A program made the position numbers and the translations under genes. Positions 28,093-37,445 of a stretch of 51,267 nt of DNA are shown piece after piece. Each line of letters begins with the position of its first letter. Position 1 is the first letter of the stretch. The notes beneath the pieces are model-generated. The model saw only the letters and a list, made by a program, of their open reading frames with translations. It was not told the DNA's origin and did not search any database. The stretch is from Candidatus Vogelbacteria bacterium. Its GTDB lineage: Bacteria > Patescibacteriota > Minisyncoccia > Phycocordibacterales > JACOZG01. The stretch lies in NCBI GenBank assembly GCA_016181465.1, contig JACOZG010000041.1, positions 1 through 51,267 of the forward strand. Direction: 5' to 3'.

Positions 28093-28512
28093 TTAAACTT
28101 TTAGCTTCTTAATTTCCAGCCTGGTGCCCCGCCGGCCGGGCACGGCGCCGCTAATCAAAAATTGACCGGCTTCCCTATTCACAGCCACCACTTTAAGATG
28201 ACGAACGGTCGCCCGCCGGCCGCCCATCCGGCCAGCCATCCGCATCCCCTTGGGCACGCGAGTGCGCAAGCCCCCGCCGATGGAACCGGGTTCGCGCTCC
28301 GAGTGTTTCTGCCCGTGGGTCCGCGGCCCGCCGTGGAAACCGTGCCGTTTGACCACGCCCTGGAAGCCCTTGCCCTTCGTCAAACCGCTGACAGAGACAA
28401 GGTCGCCGACGGCTAAATCCCCGGCCTCGCCGGACACCACCGTGACCGGATGAACGACGCCGCTGTCGTCAAATATCTGAGTCATTGACTCTTTTTTAGC
28501 CACGACTTTCAT
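28093..28512 (-). CDS. rplC: 50S ribosomal protein L3, unusually short (139 aa)
   Basis: N-terminus [21 protein letters not shown] and C-terminal half [34 protein letters not shown]...MAGRMGG are typical L3. About 60-70 aa are missing between them compared with the ~210-aa L3 I know. Confidence 0.85.
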   Translation of the reverse strand: MKVVAKKESMTQIFDDSGVVHPVTVVSGEAGDLAVGDLVSVSGLTKGKGFQGVVKRHGFHGGPRTHGQKHSEREPGSIGGGLRTRVPKGMRMAGRMGGRRATVRHLKVVAVNREAGQFLISGAVPGRRGTRLEIKKLKV

Positions 28513-28517
28513 GTTGT

Positions 28518-28889
28518 CTACATCATCTTAACGTCAATATTGACTCCGGAAGGCAGAGTTAAACTGGTTAATTGTTCGATTATTTTCCCCGATGGATTGG
28601 CAATGTCAATCAGCCGTTTATGGATCCGCATCTCAAACTGCTCGCGGGCGTTCTTATGGACAAAAGAGCTGCGATTGACCGTATACTTTTTAATCTCGGT
28701 CGGCAGCGGGATCGGACCTTCCACCTGGCCGTCATAGCGCCGGGCGGTGTCCACAATTTGCTTGACCGAAGCGTCAAGAATTTTATGCTCGTAGGCCGAG
28801 ACTCGAATCCGGATCTTTTGAATATTCTCGACCTCGGTTTTCTTGACGCGGCCCTTGATTTTGTCGGTCGCGGACGACGGTTTGGCCAT
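28518..28889 (-). CDS. rpsJ: 30S ribosomal protein S10 (with N-terminal extension)
   Basis: [24 protein letters not shown]... Sits in the canonical position after tuf. Confidence 0.93.
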   Translation of the reverse strand: MAKPSSATDKIKGRVKKTEVENIQKIRIRVSAYEHKILDASVKQIVDTARRYDGQVEGPIPLPTEIKKYTVNRSSFVHKNAREQFEMRIHKRLIDIANPSGKIIEQLTSLTLPSGVNIDVKMM

Positions 28890-28895
28890 TATAAT

Positions 28896-30089
28896 TTAAG
28901 CGATGACCTTGGCCACCACGCCGGCGCCGACGGTCTTGCCGCCCTCGCGAATAGCAAAACGTTGTTTAGCCTCGAGGGCCACCGGCGCCACTAGTTTGAC
29001 CTTAAAGGTTACGGTGTCGCCGGGCATAACCATTTTAACGCTCTCGGGCAGAGTCACTTCGCCGGTCACATCGGTGGTCCGAATGTAAAATTGCGGTTTG
29101 TAACCGGTGACGAAAGCCGTATGCCGACCCCCTTCTTCTTTCTTCAAAATGTAGACCTCGGACTCAAATTCAGTATGGGGAGTGACACTCGCGGGCTTGG
29201 CCAGCACCTGACCGCGCGTCACATCTTCTTTCTTGGTGCCGCGCAGGAGCACGCCCGCATTGTCGCCGGCGATGCCTTCGTCGAGCGCCTTATTGAACAT
29301 TTCGATGCCGGTCACCGTAGTTTTGGCCGTCGGGTGGATGCCGACAATCTCCACTTCTTCGCCAACCTTGACCTTGCCCCGCTCAATGCGGCCGGTGACC
29401 ACGGTGCCGCGGCCCTCAATCGAGAAAATGTCTTCAATTGGCATGAGAAACGGTTTATCCACCTCGCGCGTGGGCGTCGGGATGTAAGTGTCAAGAGCAT
29501 TGGTCAATTCCAGAATCTTCTTCGCCCACTCGTCGTCCACGCTTTTCGCCTCCAGCGCCTTCAAACCAGAACCGCGAATGACCGGCGCTCCGGCGCCATC
29601 GTACTCGTATTTGGACAAAAGCTCGCGCACTTCCGTTTCCACCAAATCAATAAGCTCCGGGTCATCTACCGCGTCAACCTTGTTCAGAAAAACGACGATT
29701 TTCGGCACGCCGACCTGCCGGGCCAGCAAAATGTGCTCGCGGGTCTGGGGCATCACCCCGTCGGTGGCCGCCACCACAATAATTGCCCCATCCATTTGAG
29801 CGGCGCCGGTGATCATATTTTTGATGTAATCGGCGTGGCCCGGCGCGTCAATGTGAGCGTAATGGCGGGTGTCGGTTTCGTACTCGTTGTGCGACAAGGC
29901 AATGGTGATGCCGCGCTCCCGCTCCTCGGGCGCGTTGTCAATGTCTTCGACTTTCTTCAATTTCACTTTCTTGCCCGCTAAATTAAGAACATGGAGGATC
30001 GCGGCGGTTAAGGTTGTCTTGCCGTGGTCCACATGCCCAATAGTGCCGACATTGATATGGGGTTTGGAACGATCAAATTTTTCTGCCAT
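28896..30089 (-). CDS. tuf: Elongation factor Tu
   Basis: [22 protein letters not shown]. Confidence 0.98.
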   Translation of the reverse strand: MAEKFDRSKPHINVGTIGHVDHGKTTLTAAILHVLNLAGKKVKLKKVEDIDNAPEERERGITIALSHNEYETDTRHYAHIDAPGHADYIKNMITGAAQMDGAIIVVAATDGVMPQTREHILLARQVGVPKIVVFLNKVDAVDDPELIDLVETEVRELLSKYEYDGAGAPVIRGSGLKALEAKSVDDEWAKKILELTNALDTYIPTPTREVDKPFLMPIEDIFSIEGRGTVVTGRIERGKVKVGEEVEIVGIHPTAKTTVTGIEMFNKALDEGIAGDNAGVLLRGTKKEDVTRGQVLAKPASVTPHTEFESEVYILKKEEGGRHTAFVTGYKPQFYIRTTDVTGEVTLPESVKMVMPGDTVTFKVKLVAPVALEAKQRFAIREGGKTVGAGVVAKVIA

Positions 30090-30146
30090 GATTGTTTTGA
30101 ATTAAACTAATAATTAAGATTATCCTATATCCTACCAAATAAATAG

Positions 30147-30353
30147 TCAAATCCCTAAGTTCCTCTCTTCAATCGCCCGCTTGGCGTCTTCGGCCGAGTC
30201 AATGATGGAACGGGCTTGACCGGGGAGACCCTGATCAGCCGATGGCGGATAAAGTTGAGCCAAAATTTTAACCGCCAGAAACGCGATCACCGCCGCCGTG
30301 ATGAGCAAACCCAATAACCCGACAAACCCACGCTGACTTCTATCATTAGTCAT
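30147..30353 (-). CDS. Small membrane-anchored hypothetical protein
   Basis: 68-aa ORF with an N-terminal TM helix (GFVGLLGLLITAAVIAFLAV). Confidence 0.45.
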   Translation of the reverse strand: MTNDRSQRGFVGLLGLLITAAVIAFLAVKILAQLYPPSADQGLPGQARSIIDSAEDAKRAIEERNLGI

Positions 30354-30652
30354 AGACAGCGTTACTCATGTTACCATAATAAACGATGATTCTCGCCACC
30401 CATACTATTGCCGGAAAGACGAGAATAATCCGCTCAACGACCTCCGCTGGCCCTGGCTAACCGCGCTTCAGCGCTTCCACCAATGGATCCACGCCGACCA
30501 GGCGCGGGAACTCCGACCCCTCCCCGGCCTTACCCTTCAAGCGTTCCTCGTTATCATCCTCGCCGTAAAAGTTATTTTATAAACCGAAAATTTGATCACT
30601 TTTGCCATATCAACACCAAGTGTTGAGAGTTTGGCCACCAGTAACTTGTAAC

Positions 30653-30691
30653 GAACTTACAGTTATCAGCGACCGCATTTAGTTGTAAGTT
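30653..30691 (+). repeat. Dispersed 39-nt repeat, copy 2
   Basis: gaacttacagttatcagcgaccgcatttagttgtaagtt matches the reverse complement of 4976..5014 at 35 of 39 nt. Confidence 0.7.
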
Positions 30692-30755
30692 TAACTATTT
30701 ACTGATGCCAAGGCGTGATGTTAAGGCGACGCCTTGCCAGTGGCAAAGTTGATTA

Positions 30756-31346
30756 CTACTGAAATTTAGCGATGCAAATATCAGGATCGTTATCTTGGGC
30801 GGTGAAATATATCTTCAACCCGTTATCAAACTGTAGGGCCTTGATCTCTTCTACGGCAAATTGCAATTTACTACCGTTGATTTCTAAAAGCGACCAATCA
30901 TCTTTAGTTTCACAAAATTTCCTGTCTTTGGTACAGAGTTCCCGACGAAAGTTTGGGTCGTTCTCATATCTTTCCAAAAGCTTTATTTGTAGTTTGGTGT
31001 CAAAGACGTTTAACTCTTTAACTTTATTTACCTGACCATAAAGTTTAATAATGTAATCGCATTTCGGATAAAAAGAGTCATCGTCCTCTTTGTGGCCAAC
31101 AGTGACAGCACTCGTAATTTTACTTAATTTTGTCTCCGGAGAAGGAGCGGCGCTGTTAGTTAGCGGTATCGCCGCGGATGGAGTCGGCGGTGGCAAAGTG
31201 GTAAAAGAATTGTCGCTACCAGTGGCAGGAGTGGGGGCCGGTGGCGATATAGATTTTTTGCTCAACAAATAACCGCCGACGCCGACCGCGAGTAAAATGA
31301 TAATGATAATCCCGACTCCCCCGAAACCGCGTTTGGTGTTTAACAT
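30756..31346 (-). CDS. Membrane-anchored hypothetical protein with Pro/Ser/Thr linker and 4-Cys C-terminal domain
   Basis: 196-aa AT-rich ORF. N-terminal TM helix, PPAPTPATG...PPPTPSA linker. Confidence 0.55.
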   Translation of the reverse strand: MLNTKRGFGGVGIIIIILLAVGVGGYLLSKKSISPPAPTPATGSDNSFTTLPPPTPSAAIPLTNSAAPSPETKLSKITSAVTVGHKEDDDSFYPKCDYIIKLYGQVNKVKELNVFDTKLQIKLLERYENDPNFRRELCTKDRKFCETKDDWSLLEINGSKLQFAVEEIKALQFDNGLKIYFTAQDNDPDICIAKFQ

Positions 31347-31347
31347 A

Positions 31348-31596
31348 TCAGTTACTTATCGACGAGGCCGTCACCGCTTGGAAATTAAGCATCACCGGCA
31401 GTTGTTTCTTCTTTAATTTCAAGCCAAATTGCCACGGAAAATGTTTCGAGGCGTCCAAAACTTCCAACCCAATAATTTTACCCTTTTGTCCGTAGTCAAG
31501 AATAATCCCGGGCGACACTTCATCGCTCTCAAAATAACGCTCTTCGTTGAAACGAAGATATAGAGCGTCTATTTTTTTATCATAATGGAATTTCAT
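31348..31596 (-). CDS. DUF2283-family small protein
   Basis: MKFHYDKKIDALYLRFNEE...GIILDYGQKGKIIGLEVLDASK matches the DUF2283 pattern as I recall it. Confidence 0.65.
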   Translation of the reverse strand: MKFHYDKKIDALYLRFNEERYFESDEVSPGIILDYGQKGKIIGLEVLDASKHFPWQFGLKLKKKQLPVMLNFQAVTASSISN

Positions 31597-31620
31597 AAAT
31601 ATTTTTTAATTTTTATTGTA

Positions 31621-31848
31621 TCACCCTTTACCTTCAGCAGCAAGCTCGCGTATCCGTCTGTACTTTTTGTTTCGATATGCGAACTGGTATTTCGTAGTAT
31701 CGTCGATAATCCATTTTTGTTCTTTTTTGGTTTTATATTCTGATTTATCTACATAACAATGACCCATTATTACCATTTTATTTTTCTTAGCCTCAAAGTG
31801 AAATTCCGCTAACCGATTGTTTATTATGGCAAAAGACCAATAAAACAT
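31621..31848 (-). CDS. Hypothetical 75-aa Lys-rich protein
   Basis: AT-rich ORF directly upstream of the DUF2283 gene. No family recognised. Confidence 0.4.
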   Translation of the reverse strand: MFYWSFAIINNRLAEFHFEAKKNKMVIMGHCYVDKSEYKTKKEQKWIIDDTTKYQFAYRNKKYRRIRELAAEGKG

Positions 31849-31855
31849 TGTGAGA

Positions 31856-32005
31856 TTAAATTAATTGATGGACCGAAAGACGCCGTAGAGTTTCAAATTC
31901 TTTGAGTCGTGATAAATCACGTACATCCCATCTATTGGCACCGCGCATTTTGTGTGGCTTGCACAAGGCGCAACTATGCTTTTTTAATTTTAGTCTTTTT
32001 CTCAC
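31856..32005 (-). CDS. Small basic CxxC protein, paralog of 43424..43579 (below ORF-track cutoff)
   Basis: My translation from a GTG start is MRKRLKLKKHSCALCKPHKMRGANRWDVRDLSRLKEFETLRRLSVHQLI. It aligns with MRKRFKLKRRSCALCKPYKMGWSQRWNNRELSRLREFEKQ... at the other locus. Confidence 0.6.
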   Translation of the reverse strand: MRKRLKLKKHSCALCKPHKMRGANRWDVRDLSRLKEFETLRRLSVHQLI

Positions 32006-32159
32006 TAATTAAGCGGTTCTTTTTAAGAAAAGAAGTAATGGGCTTTCCACACACATCACACAAAAGTACATTAGCGCCCCAAAAACCAATAACAACGTTG
32101 ACTTTCTTATTCTCGTCGCGGATAACTTTTCTGCATTTATCACACTTATGAATCAGCAT
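31974..32159 (-). CDS. Small zinc-ribbon protein
   Basis: 61 aa with CDKC...CDVC. Confidence 0.45.
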   Translation of the reverse strand: MLIHKCDKCRKVIRDENKKVNVVIGFWGANVLLCDVCGKPITSFLKKNRLISEKKTKIKKA

Positions 32160-32202
32160 GCATTAATAGTATCAAAGCGCGATAAAAACTCCAACAAAAA
32201 AA

Positions 32203-34383
32203 CTACTTCCGTGCTTCAATGATCTTTTCCGCCACATTGGCCGGGATGATTTCGTATTTATCAAATTCCATCGTAAAGGTGCCGCGACCCTCGGTCATCG
32301 AACGGAGAGCGGTCGAGTAACCGAACATCTCGGCCAGCGGCACCCGAGCGCGCACGGCCTTGGCCAATCCCCGGTCATCAATACTTTCAATCTGGCCGCG
32401 CTTGCCGGATAAACTGCCGGTGATGTCGCCCATAAACTTTTCCGGCACGATCACTTCCACCTTCATCACCGGCTCCAAGAGCGCCGGTTTGGCCCGACGC
32501 GCCGCTTCTTGCAGCGCCATTGAGGCCGCGATCTTAAACGCCATTTCTGACGAGTCTACTTCGTGGTACGAGCCATCGTAGAGTTCGCAGGAAATATCCA
32601 CCAAGGGAAAACCGGCGACGACGCCGCGCTCCATCCCCTCGCGCACGCCTTTTTCCACCGCCGGCACATATTCTTGCGGCACGACCCCGCCCTTGATGGC
32701 ATTTATAAATTCAAAATGGCTTTCGCGCGAGATGTTCTTTTTCACTTTGGCGCCCGGGACGATCGGCGCGAGCGGTTTAACCCGGAGACGGACATGACCG
32801 TACTGGCCGCGGCCGCCGGACTGTTTGATGTACTTACCTTCGGCCTCGGCTGGCGCGGTAATCGTCTCTTTATACGCCACCTGCGGCCGGCCGACATTGG
32901 CCGCGACCGAGAATTCCCGCTTCAGCCGGTCAACGATAATCTCCAGATGGAGCTCGCCCATGCCCGAGATTATCGTCTCGCCGGTTTCCTGATCGCCTTT
33001 AACGCGGAAGGTCGGGTCTTCAATGGAGAGTTTTTTCAGCGCCAGACCCATCTTCTCCTGATCGGCCTTAGTCTTCGGCTCGATCCGGAGCGAGATGACC
33101 GGTTCGGGCGCCTCGATTCCCTCCAGCAAAACCGGAAAATCCAAAGCGCATAAAGTATCGCCGGTTTGCGTGTCTTTCAGCCCCACCGTCGCGGCGATAT
33201 TGCCGGCGCTGATCTCCTTGATCTCGCGGCGCTCGTTGGCGTGCATCTGGACCAGACGGCTAATCCGTTCTTGATTGCCGGTCCTCGAATTCAGCACATA
33301 GGACCCGGCGCTCAAACGCCCCGAGTAGACGCGAAAGTAAGTTAAGGATCCGACAAAAGGGTCGCTCGCGGTCTTGAAAGCGAGCGCTGTCAGGGGGAGA
33401 TCGGCGCGGGCTTCGATTTTCACGGTCTCGCCGGTTTCCTGATTCACGGCTTGGCCCGGCGGAATATCCGAAGGCGACGGCAGATAGTAGGCCACGGCGT
33501 CGAGCACCAATTGCACGCCTTTATTTTTCAAAGCCGAGCCGGCGAGCACCGGGAAAATTTTATTGGCGATCGTGCCGCGGCGGATGAGTTGGCGTAAACG
33601 AGCCAGATTGATTTCTTTGCCTTCGAGATAATCGCGGGTGGCCTCGTCATCAAACTCAACGATCTTCTCAATCGCGGCCGCCCGTTCGGCCAGGGCCGCG
33701 GCGCGCAAATTTTCAGGTATGGCCGAACGGACGACTTTTTCCCCGTTCTCGCCCTCGAAAGTGATGTACTCCATCGTCAGGAGATCCACCAGACCGCGGA
33801 AATGCTCCTCGTGTCCGTCCGGAATTTGGAGCTTCACCGCCTTCTGCGACAGCCGTTCCAGAATTGATTTATAAGAACGTTCAAACGACGCTCCCAGCCG
33901 ATCAAGTTTGTTGACAAAACAGATCCGCGGCACGCGGTAATCATCGGCGTAGCGCCAGTTGGTCTCGGATTGCGGCTCGACGCCGGCCACGCCGTCAAAC
34001 ACCACCACCGCGCCGTCGAGCACTCGGAGCGAACGTTTGACTTCAATCGTAAAATCAATGTGCCCGGGCGTGTCAATGATGTTCAATTTTACTGTTGATG
34101 GCAAGGTTAAACCTTGAGCATCTGAAAAAGGTTTGACCTTGCCGCCAGCTACGTCAGTGGGCGTCCAAAAAGCCGTCGTGGCCGCGGCGGTGATGGTAAT
34201 ACCGCGTTCCCGTTCCTGTTCCATCCAATCCATCACTGTGTCGCCCTCGTGGACCTCGCCGATCTTATGACTCAAACCGGTATAGAAAAGCACCCGTTCG
34301 GAAGTCGTGGTTTTCCCGGCGTCAATGTGGGCAATGATGCCGACATTTCTGACCTGATCCAAGGTGTCGTGGTGCGGCTCCAT
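32203..34383 (-). CDS. fusA: Elongation factor G
   Basis: [22 protein letters not shown]. 726 aa, with an extra ~20-aa segment ([24 protein letters not shown]) before DTPGH. Confidence 0.98.
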   Translation of the reverse strand: MEPHHDTLDQVRNVGIIAHIDAGKTTTSERVLFYTGLSHKIGEVHEGDTVMDWMEQERERGITITAAATTAFWTPTDVAGGKVKPFSDAQGLTLPSTVKLNIIDTPGHIDFTIEVKRSLRVLDGAVVVFDGVAGVEPQSETNWRYADDYRVPRICFVNKLDRLGASFERSYKSILERLSQKAVKLQIPDGHEEHFRGLVDLLTMEYITFEGENGEKVVRSAIPENLRAAALAERAAAIEKIVEFDDEATRDYLEGKEINLARLRQLIRRGTIANKIFPVLAGSALKNKGVQLVLDAVAYYLPSPSDIPPGQAVNQETGETVKIEARADLPLTALAFKTASDPFVGSLTYFRVYSGRLSAGSYVLNSRTGNQERISRLVQMHANERREIKEISAGNIAATVGLKDTQTGDTLCALDFPVLLEGIEAPEPVISLRIEPKTKADQEKMGLALKKLSIEDPTFRVKGDQETGETIISGMGELHLEIIVDRLKREFSVAANVGRPQVAYKETITAPAEAEGKYIKQSGGRGQYGHVRLRVKPLAPIVPGAKVKKNISRESHFEFINAIKGGVVPQEYVPAVEKGVREGMERGVVAGFPLVDISCELYDGSYHEVDSSEMAFKIAASMALQEAARRAKPALLEPVMKVEVIVPEKFMGDITGSLSGKRGQIESIDDRGLAKAVRARVPLAEMFGYSTALRSMTEGRGTFTMEFDKYEIIPANVAEKIIEARK

Positions 34384-34392
34384 GCGAAAGGA

Positions 34393-34914
34393 CTAACGAA
34401 CTGGTCGCGGCGCGCTGGCCGAGACGGAGCGCATCCCGCCGGCGGCGGGTCGCGCAAAGTGAGCAAAGGCCCGATTGGCTTCGGCCATCTTATGAACATT
34501 CTCTCTTTTTTTAATCGCCTCGCCCTGGTTCTGACTGGCGGCGACAAGTTCGTCGGCTAACCTCGCCGACATCGGCCGGCCGCTCTTTGAGCGGGCGGCT
34601 TCCAAAATCCAGCGCATCGCCAGCGTCAAGCGCCGGCGGGAATTGACCTCATGCGGAATTTGGTAATTGGCGCCGCCGACACGGCGCGACTTGAGCTCGG
34701 TGTGCGGACCGACATTTTTCAGCGCGGTTTCAAAAACTTCGAGCGGCTCGCTTTTCGTTTTCTCCTTGATCGCGGCGAAAGAATCATAAACCGCGCGCCG
34801 GGCGACCGACTTTTTGCCTCGCCGCATCACATGATTTATAAACTTGGCGACTTTGAGTGAACGGAAAACGAGATCCGGTTGAATCTGACGGTTGATTTTA
34901 ATTTTTCGCCTCAT
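34393..34914 (-). CDS. rpsG: 30S ribosomal protein S7 (C-terminal extension)
   Basis: Typical S7 (KFINHVMRRGKKSVA..., GGANYQIP) plus about 17 extra C-terminal residues. Confidence 0.95.
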   Translation of the reverse strand: MRRKIKINRQIQPDLVFRSLKVAKFINHVMRRGKKSVARRAVYDSFAAIKEKTKSEPLEVFETALKNVGPHTELKSRRVGGANYQIPHEVNSRRRLTLAMRWILEAARSKSGRPMSARLADELVAASQNQGEAIKKRENVHKMAEANRAFAHFARPAAGGMRSVSASAPRPVR

Positions 34915-34917
34915 CGC

Positions 34918-35346
34918 TTATTGGCCTTTCGGCTTCTTCGCCCCGTACAAGCTTCGGCCCTGGCGGCGATTATCCACCCCGGCGGCGTCAAACTTGCCGC
35001 GGATAATATGGTAACGGACCCCGGGCAAGTCTTTAACCCGACCGCCGCGAATCATCACCACCGAATGCTCCTGAAGATTGTGGCCGATGCCGGGGATGTA
35101 AGCCGTCACCTCGAGACCGTTGGTCAGCCGCACCCGAGCGATTTTACGGATCGCCGAGTTGGGCTTTTTCGGCGTCGTGGTTTTGACTTGCACGCAGACG
35201 CCCCGTTTGAAAGGCGAGGGATAGAAGAAAGGACGGTTTTTCAAGTTGCTAAAACCGCGCGCCAAAGCCACCGAGCGCGACTTCCGCCGCGACTGAATTC
35301 GTCCGCGCCTAATCAATTGATTAACCGTCGGCATAAATTTAACCAA
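34918..35346 (-). CDS. rpsL: 30S ribosomal protein S12
   Basis: [11 protein letters not shown]...[21 protein letters not shown]. Confidence 0.97.
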   Translation of the reverse strand: MVKFMPTVNQLIRRGRIQSRRKSRSVALARGFSNLKNRPFFYPSPFKRGVCVQVKTTTPKKPNSAIRKIARVRLTNGLEVTAYIPGIGHNLQEHSVVMIRGGRVKDLPGVRYHIIRGKFDAAGVDNRRQGRSLYGAKKPKGQ

Positions 35347-35441
35347 TAAAGATTACACTTTAATATGTTGACCGCAAAAATGCAAGGACTACTAACTTTT
35401 TAACAGGCGAAAATACTCTAAGCGAGAAATACTAGCGGTTT

Positions 35442-35501
35442 TCAGATTTTCTCAAAAACTTTCATCAACTTCCGGTAATCCACCGGCGAGAGTTTAGACA
35501 T
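35442..35501 (-). pseudogene. hicA: Truncated HicA toxin remnant (19 codons)
   Basis: My translation MSKLSPVDYRKLMKVFEKI* resembles a HicA N-terminus. It starts 9 nt after the HicB-like stop. No room for a full toxin before rpsL. Confidence 0.45.
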
Positions 35502-35509
35502 TCTACATT

Positions 35510-35791
35510 CTAACTGACTAGAGACAAACGTCCGGTTAAAACAAGTTGCGGCTCAACCCATCTTTTATCATTACGGACGTACCCGGCTTCTTCCAAAATT
35601 CCTTCAAGCGTGCCTAACTTTTGAGCCGACTTCAAAAACCCGACCAGGGCATCTTTCAAATTAGACTTGGCTTGGTCAAGAGTATCACCGCAACTTGAGA
35701 CATTAAGTTCGGGATTATGTGCAACATAAGTTTGGCCTTCACGAAAAATCTGAATGGTAACACTTAAATCAGGGAAAGTAATTTTTCTCAT
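35510..35791 (-). CDS. hicB: HicB-family (UPF0150) antitoxin-like protein
   Basis: 93 aa. IQIFREGQTYVAHNPELNVSSCGDTLDQAKSNLKDAL matches the HicB N-terminal domain pattern. Confidence 0.65.
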   Translation of the reverse strand: MRKITFPDLSVTIQIFREGQTYVAHNPELNVSSCGDTLDQAKSNLKDALVGFLKSAQKLGTLEGILEEAGYVRNDKRWVEPQLVLTGRLSLVS

Positions 35792-35835
35792 ATCTTTAGG
35801 TTAGCACAATTCACCTTCAAAGTAAAAACCGAGGA

Positions 35836-36456
35836 CTAAATCGCCAAACCGGTGAAGGTCCGAAACAAAAAGAGAGCGGCCGGCAAAATCAGGCGCCAAA
35901 GAAAAAACAAGAGGATGAGCAATAAAATCAGCTGATAGCGATTAAGCCAGTCCTCAAGCCAGTGATAGCGATAGGGCAGAAGGGAAAAAAGGATTTTTGA
36001 GCCGTCCAGAGGCGGCACTGGAATGAGGTTAAAAACGGCCAGGATTAGATTGAGCAGAACGACCAAGGCCGAGAGTTCAATAAATGTCGGCGGCAAACCG
36101 AGAACGGCGCTAAATCTAATCAAACCGGCGAAAACCGCCGCGACGACTAGATTCGAGAGCGGCCCGGCCGAGGCGACATAAGCCCCGCCGTAACGGGAAC
36201 GAAGATTGTACGGATTGTAGGGCACGGGCTTGGCCCAGCCGAAGATGAAACCGCCTGTGGTGTAAGTGAGAAGCGGAATCAACACCGAACCGACCGGATC
36301 AAGATGCTTAATCGGATTTAAGGTCAGCCGGCCGGCGAGTTTGGCTGTCGGATCGCCGAGGTAATAAGCGGCATAGCCGTGCGACACTTCGTGCAAGACT
36401 ACCGACATCAATAAAATCAGAATGGGAAAAATAATTTCCATGACGATGTTGGCCAA
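35836..36456 (-). CDS. M50 site-2 protease family membrane metalloprotease
   Basis: HEVSHG zinc motif in the first TM region. Polytopic. LNPIKHLDPVGS is typical of the short M50B proteins. Confidence 0.8.
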   Translation of the reverse strand: MANIVMEIIFPILILLMSVVLHEVSHGYAAYYLGDPTAKLAGRLTLNPIKHLDPVGSVLIPLLTYTTGGFIFGWAKPVPYNPYNLRSRYGGAYVASAGPLSNLVVAAVFAGLIRFSAVLGLPPTFIELSALVVLLNLILAVFNLIPVPPLDGSKILFSLLPYRYHWLEDWLNRYQLILLLILLFFLWRLILPAALFLFRTFTGLAI

Positions 36457-36496
36457 TTGATGATATCACGATGAGACTTGATGACCAAACTGACGT

Positions 36497-37431
36497 TCAA
36501 AAGTTTAAAATCGATTGACGCAACTTGAAAGCATTACCGTGCTTCAATAATCCTGAATACGATGCCACGACCGCCGGAGCATAATCAGTGACTTCCAACC
36601 TTTTGAGCGTCCGCCGCCTTGTAGTCGTTCTCAACACCCGATGATCCGGAAAATGCACCCAGCCCAAGTAATCCACGCCCGAAGCCAAAGTTTTTATAGA
36701 AACCTTGTCGGGATGAAGAACCAGTCTCAACTGCTCATGTAAAAATACTCCCATATATGATAGTGACTCAATCAGCTGATCTCGATCGGGCGATAATAGA
36801 ACAAAATCATCGGCGTAGCGAAGATAATGTTTGACTTTCAGCTGATGTTTAACAAACTGATCAAATTCGTTCAGGTAGAGGTTGACGAGCAGTTGCGAGG
36901 TATTACTTGTCGGAGTAACCAAGTGATTTTTTCGTCCGGTATTCGTTCGCGCAAGATGACTAAGAGAATCTCGTGGTCAATGCTGGCAAAGAACTTCTTG
37001 ATGTCGCACTTCAGAACCCAACAAGTGTGGGTATGATTATAACTAACTCGGTAAGCCAAAGCGCGAAAACGGTTAAGGGCACGGTGCGTGCCTTTGCCTA
37101 AGCGACAGGAATAGGAATCGGTGATGAAAAGGGGGTGGTAGAACCAGTAAAGAATGCGGTGGATGGCGTGATGGAGAAGACGATCGCGTACAGTGGCTTT
37201 GTGGATATCGCGTGGTTTTGGATCGTGGAGACGGAAATGCCGGTAGGGGCCGTGGCGGTAATTTCCAGCTTGCAAATCGCGCTGCAGTGCGAGGATGTTA
37301 TCCATCAAACGAAAAGCAAACGCCTGAACGTCGAGTTTATGCCGCTTGCCTCGGATAAATTCCCGCCAAGCGCCGAGCAGATTGTCTAACGATATGATAT
37401 CTTCATAGCGATGAGGCAGTTGCCGTTTCAT
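36497..37431 (-). pseudogene. DGR-type reverse transcriptase split over two frames (36871..37431 and 36497..36922)
   Basis: RT motifs 1-2 in the first ORF (PRDIHKATVRDRLLHHA, DIKKFFASIDH). The second ORF holds SQLLVNLYLNEFD, RYADDFVLL and the thumb. The expected G-x-P-I/L-G-N-x-T segment before SQ is missing at the junction. A T6/A6 run lies at 36927..36932. Confidence 0.8.
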
Positions 37432-37445
37432 AATCAGAATTTACC

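Noticed and set aside
29091-29981. 296-aa plus-strand ORF
   Set aside because: Antisense shadow of tuf. The same applies to the other long antisense ORFs at 12894..13412, 17882..18445, 32563..33153, 34879..35349 and 42414..42929.
30354-30755. GC-rich ~200-nt stretch (30420..30560) with open frames on both strands but no start-to-stop ORF of 60 aa or more
   Set aside because: The translations (for example ..FYGEDDNEERLKGKAGEGSEFPRLVGVDPLVEALKRG* on the minus strand) match nothing I recognise. It may be a remnant of a native gene, but I cannot support a call.
36920-36935. Programmed -1 frameshift or transcriptional slippage at the A6 run in the RT gene
   Set aside because: The context A-AAA-ATC is not a canonical X-XXY-YYZ heptamer, and six As is short for slippage. 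Shifting there would also bypass the conserved ITWLLRQVI segment. An inactivating deletion or an assembly error is more likely.
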